64,000 nt of DNA, taken from a virus. How positions within the stretch are numbered: the first letter of the stretch is position 1; each line of letters begins with the position of its first letter. Below are positions 62,849-64,000 of the stretch, one piece after another. The DNA lies in the IMG/VR virus record IMGVR_UViG_3300045988_135886. One strand, given 5' to 3'. The translations under genes were made by a program, and so were the position numbers. The notes beneath the pieces were generated by a model, which was not told the origin of the DNA, made no database searches, and saw only the letters and a list, made by a program, of their open reading frames with translations.

Positions 62849-63992
62849 CTCCGGTCTCCTTTTCTTTGCAGTCTGGACAAAGCCCTTTGTCACCATCTTC
62901 AATTACATAGAGGCTTCCACACTCTTTACATTCTTTAACTTCTTCGTTAAGGAAATAGTCATCCTCGCTTTCAACATATGTATAATTTGTTCTTAAGCAG
63001 TGATCACATACATACTCATCGGTTGATTCCACCCATGTGACATCATCGTTTCTACATAAATCATCACAACAATCACATGTTGTGAAATTTTCATCCCTGC
63101 AGTCATTACAGATATGCATATTTAATTCATCATAATAGTTGATATAACTATTGGGCACTCTTTCATCACAGCAATCGCAATAAATAGAGCAATTACAGCA
63201 ATACCAACTTCCGTCGATAAGGTACATCTCATCTTCGTCATAACGATCACCGCAATCACAACATCTATGAGATCCACTGTCACCATAGTTATCATGACAA
63301 TCCTCACAAAGAAGAGTGCTTTCCATATCATGCCAATCCCCACATTTTACACAGTAGATATCATGTCCAACTGTCATATGCCTATTATCTACTCTTCCCT
63401 TGGGAATCATTTTGACAATCTTACTTACTGAGCACTCACTCTGGCACTCATAATCTCTGTAGTGGGTACCTTCAGAATTAATAACTGAGCAACAAGCAGA
63501 GGTGCCGCCTTTCTTTCTCCAAAGGTTAGGAGCCACCAAACAATCAGCGATGATTTTCTGAAGCTGTGCTCTAATTGGAGTATACAGTGAGTTTTTGCCA
63601 TCGTTACATTGAGGGTAGAGTCTTCCCTGTACAAGGATTCCATCTTTATAATGGAATAACTGACGGATGATTTTCGGCTCGAACTCTAAGTCATTTCCGT
63701 CGTACTCTTTATCTACCTGATAGTAAACCATTGTAGTTCCATCAAGGAGATAACTCATAGTTCCGGAACAGTGACAACCTGAGAACCCATTAGGATTGTT
63801 TTTATCAAGTGTGTGGCAAGAAGACCAGCTGTTTCCATTGGAGGACAATAGATAATCAACTGGATTAACTGACAGGATAGTGTGCCGAACAACGTCAAGA
63901 GGATTGATTGCATCTGAATATTTGGCATACCTCTTTTCAAAATCTGAATAGGTATTAGAAGTAATACCTATAAGTGTACAGATTTTCTTCAC
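62841..63992 (-). CDS. Cys-rich protein with roughly ten CxxC pairs in the C-terminal half
   Basis: 383 aa. CVKC, CEDC, CCDC, CCNC, CDCC, CNDC, CDHC, CKEC, CPDC. Confidence 0.55.
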   Translation of the reverse strand: MKKICTLIGITSNTYSDFEKRYAKYSDAINPLDVVRHTILSVNPVDYLLSSNGNSWSSCHTLDKNNPNGFSGCHCSGTMSYLLDGTTMVYYQVDKEYDGNDLEFEPKIIRQLFHYKDGILVQGRLYPQCNDGKNSLYTPIRAQLQKIIADCLVAPNLWRKKGGTSACCSVINSEGTHYRDYECQSECSVSKIVKMIPKGRVDNRHMTVGHDIYCVKCGDWHDMESTLLCEDCHDNYGDSGSHRCCDCGDRYDEDEMYLIDGSWYCCNCSIYCDCCDERVPNSYINYYDELNMHICNDCRDENFTTCDCCDDLCRNDDVTWVESTDEYVCDHCLRTNYTYVESEDDYFLNEEVKECKECGSLYVIEDGDKGLCPDCKEKETGDE

Positions 63993-64000
63993 TGCTCTTG

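Overview
AT-rich gene block that runs almost entirely on the minus strand and looks like part of a large phage, or a phage-plasmid, of a low-GC Gram-positive host (GGAGG-type Shine-Dalgarno (SD) sites). There are no virion genes in this window. All calls come from reading motifs by eye; no searches were run. From low to high coordinates: (1) A replication module. It holds a DnaE-type polymerase split by a group I intron carrying a LAGLIDADG homing endonuclease, a Cas4-like nuclease, a primase, a DnaB helicase, an AAA_24 ATPase and an SSB-like protein. (2) Nucleic-acid end-repair enzymes: an Rnl5-type RNA ligase, two metallophosphoesterases, and later a Pnk-HD enzyme, a RlaP-type nucleotidyltransferase and an NAD-dependent LigA. 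(3) A contiguous membrane/Ca2+ block: SPFH, a TM-anchored PspA/IM30, TerD, a TerF-type vWA protein and a P2-type Ca2+-ATPase. (4) An NAD+/ADP-ribose island: a NadE fusion, a macro domain, a HAD hydrolase, a NAMPT-family enzyme, a Prs-like enzyme and a nicotinamidase, with a NADAR gene nearby. (5) A tRNA cluster with Leu-UAG, Met-CAU and Gln-UUG, one aberrant tRNA-like element, hairpins just upstream of each, and a 7-bp-periodic repeat tract. (6) A trio of tyrosine integrase, ParB/DGQHR-like protein and degenerate integrase, plus an orphan HicA. (7) About 45 small ORFs, dominated by expanded families: five acidic proteins with an invariant N-terminal GFVTNSSSSS[FY] motif, and at least 13 overlapping KVGD-type mini-proteins that flank a SPASM-domain radical-SAM-like enzyme and a membrane J-domain protein. 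The best candidates for something new are the Ca2+/membrane block, the enlarged NAD+ island, the radical-SAM-centred mini-protein arrays, the NSSSSS family, and a single complete plus-strand minigene (promoter, SD, 51-aa hydrophobic peptide, terminator) in the only gap of the minus-strand operon.
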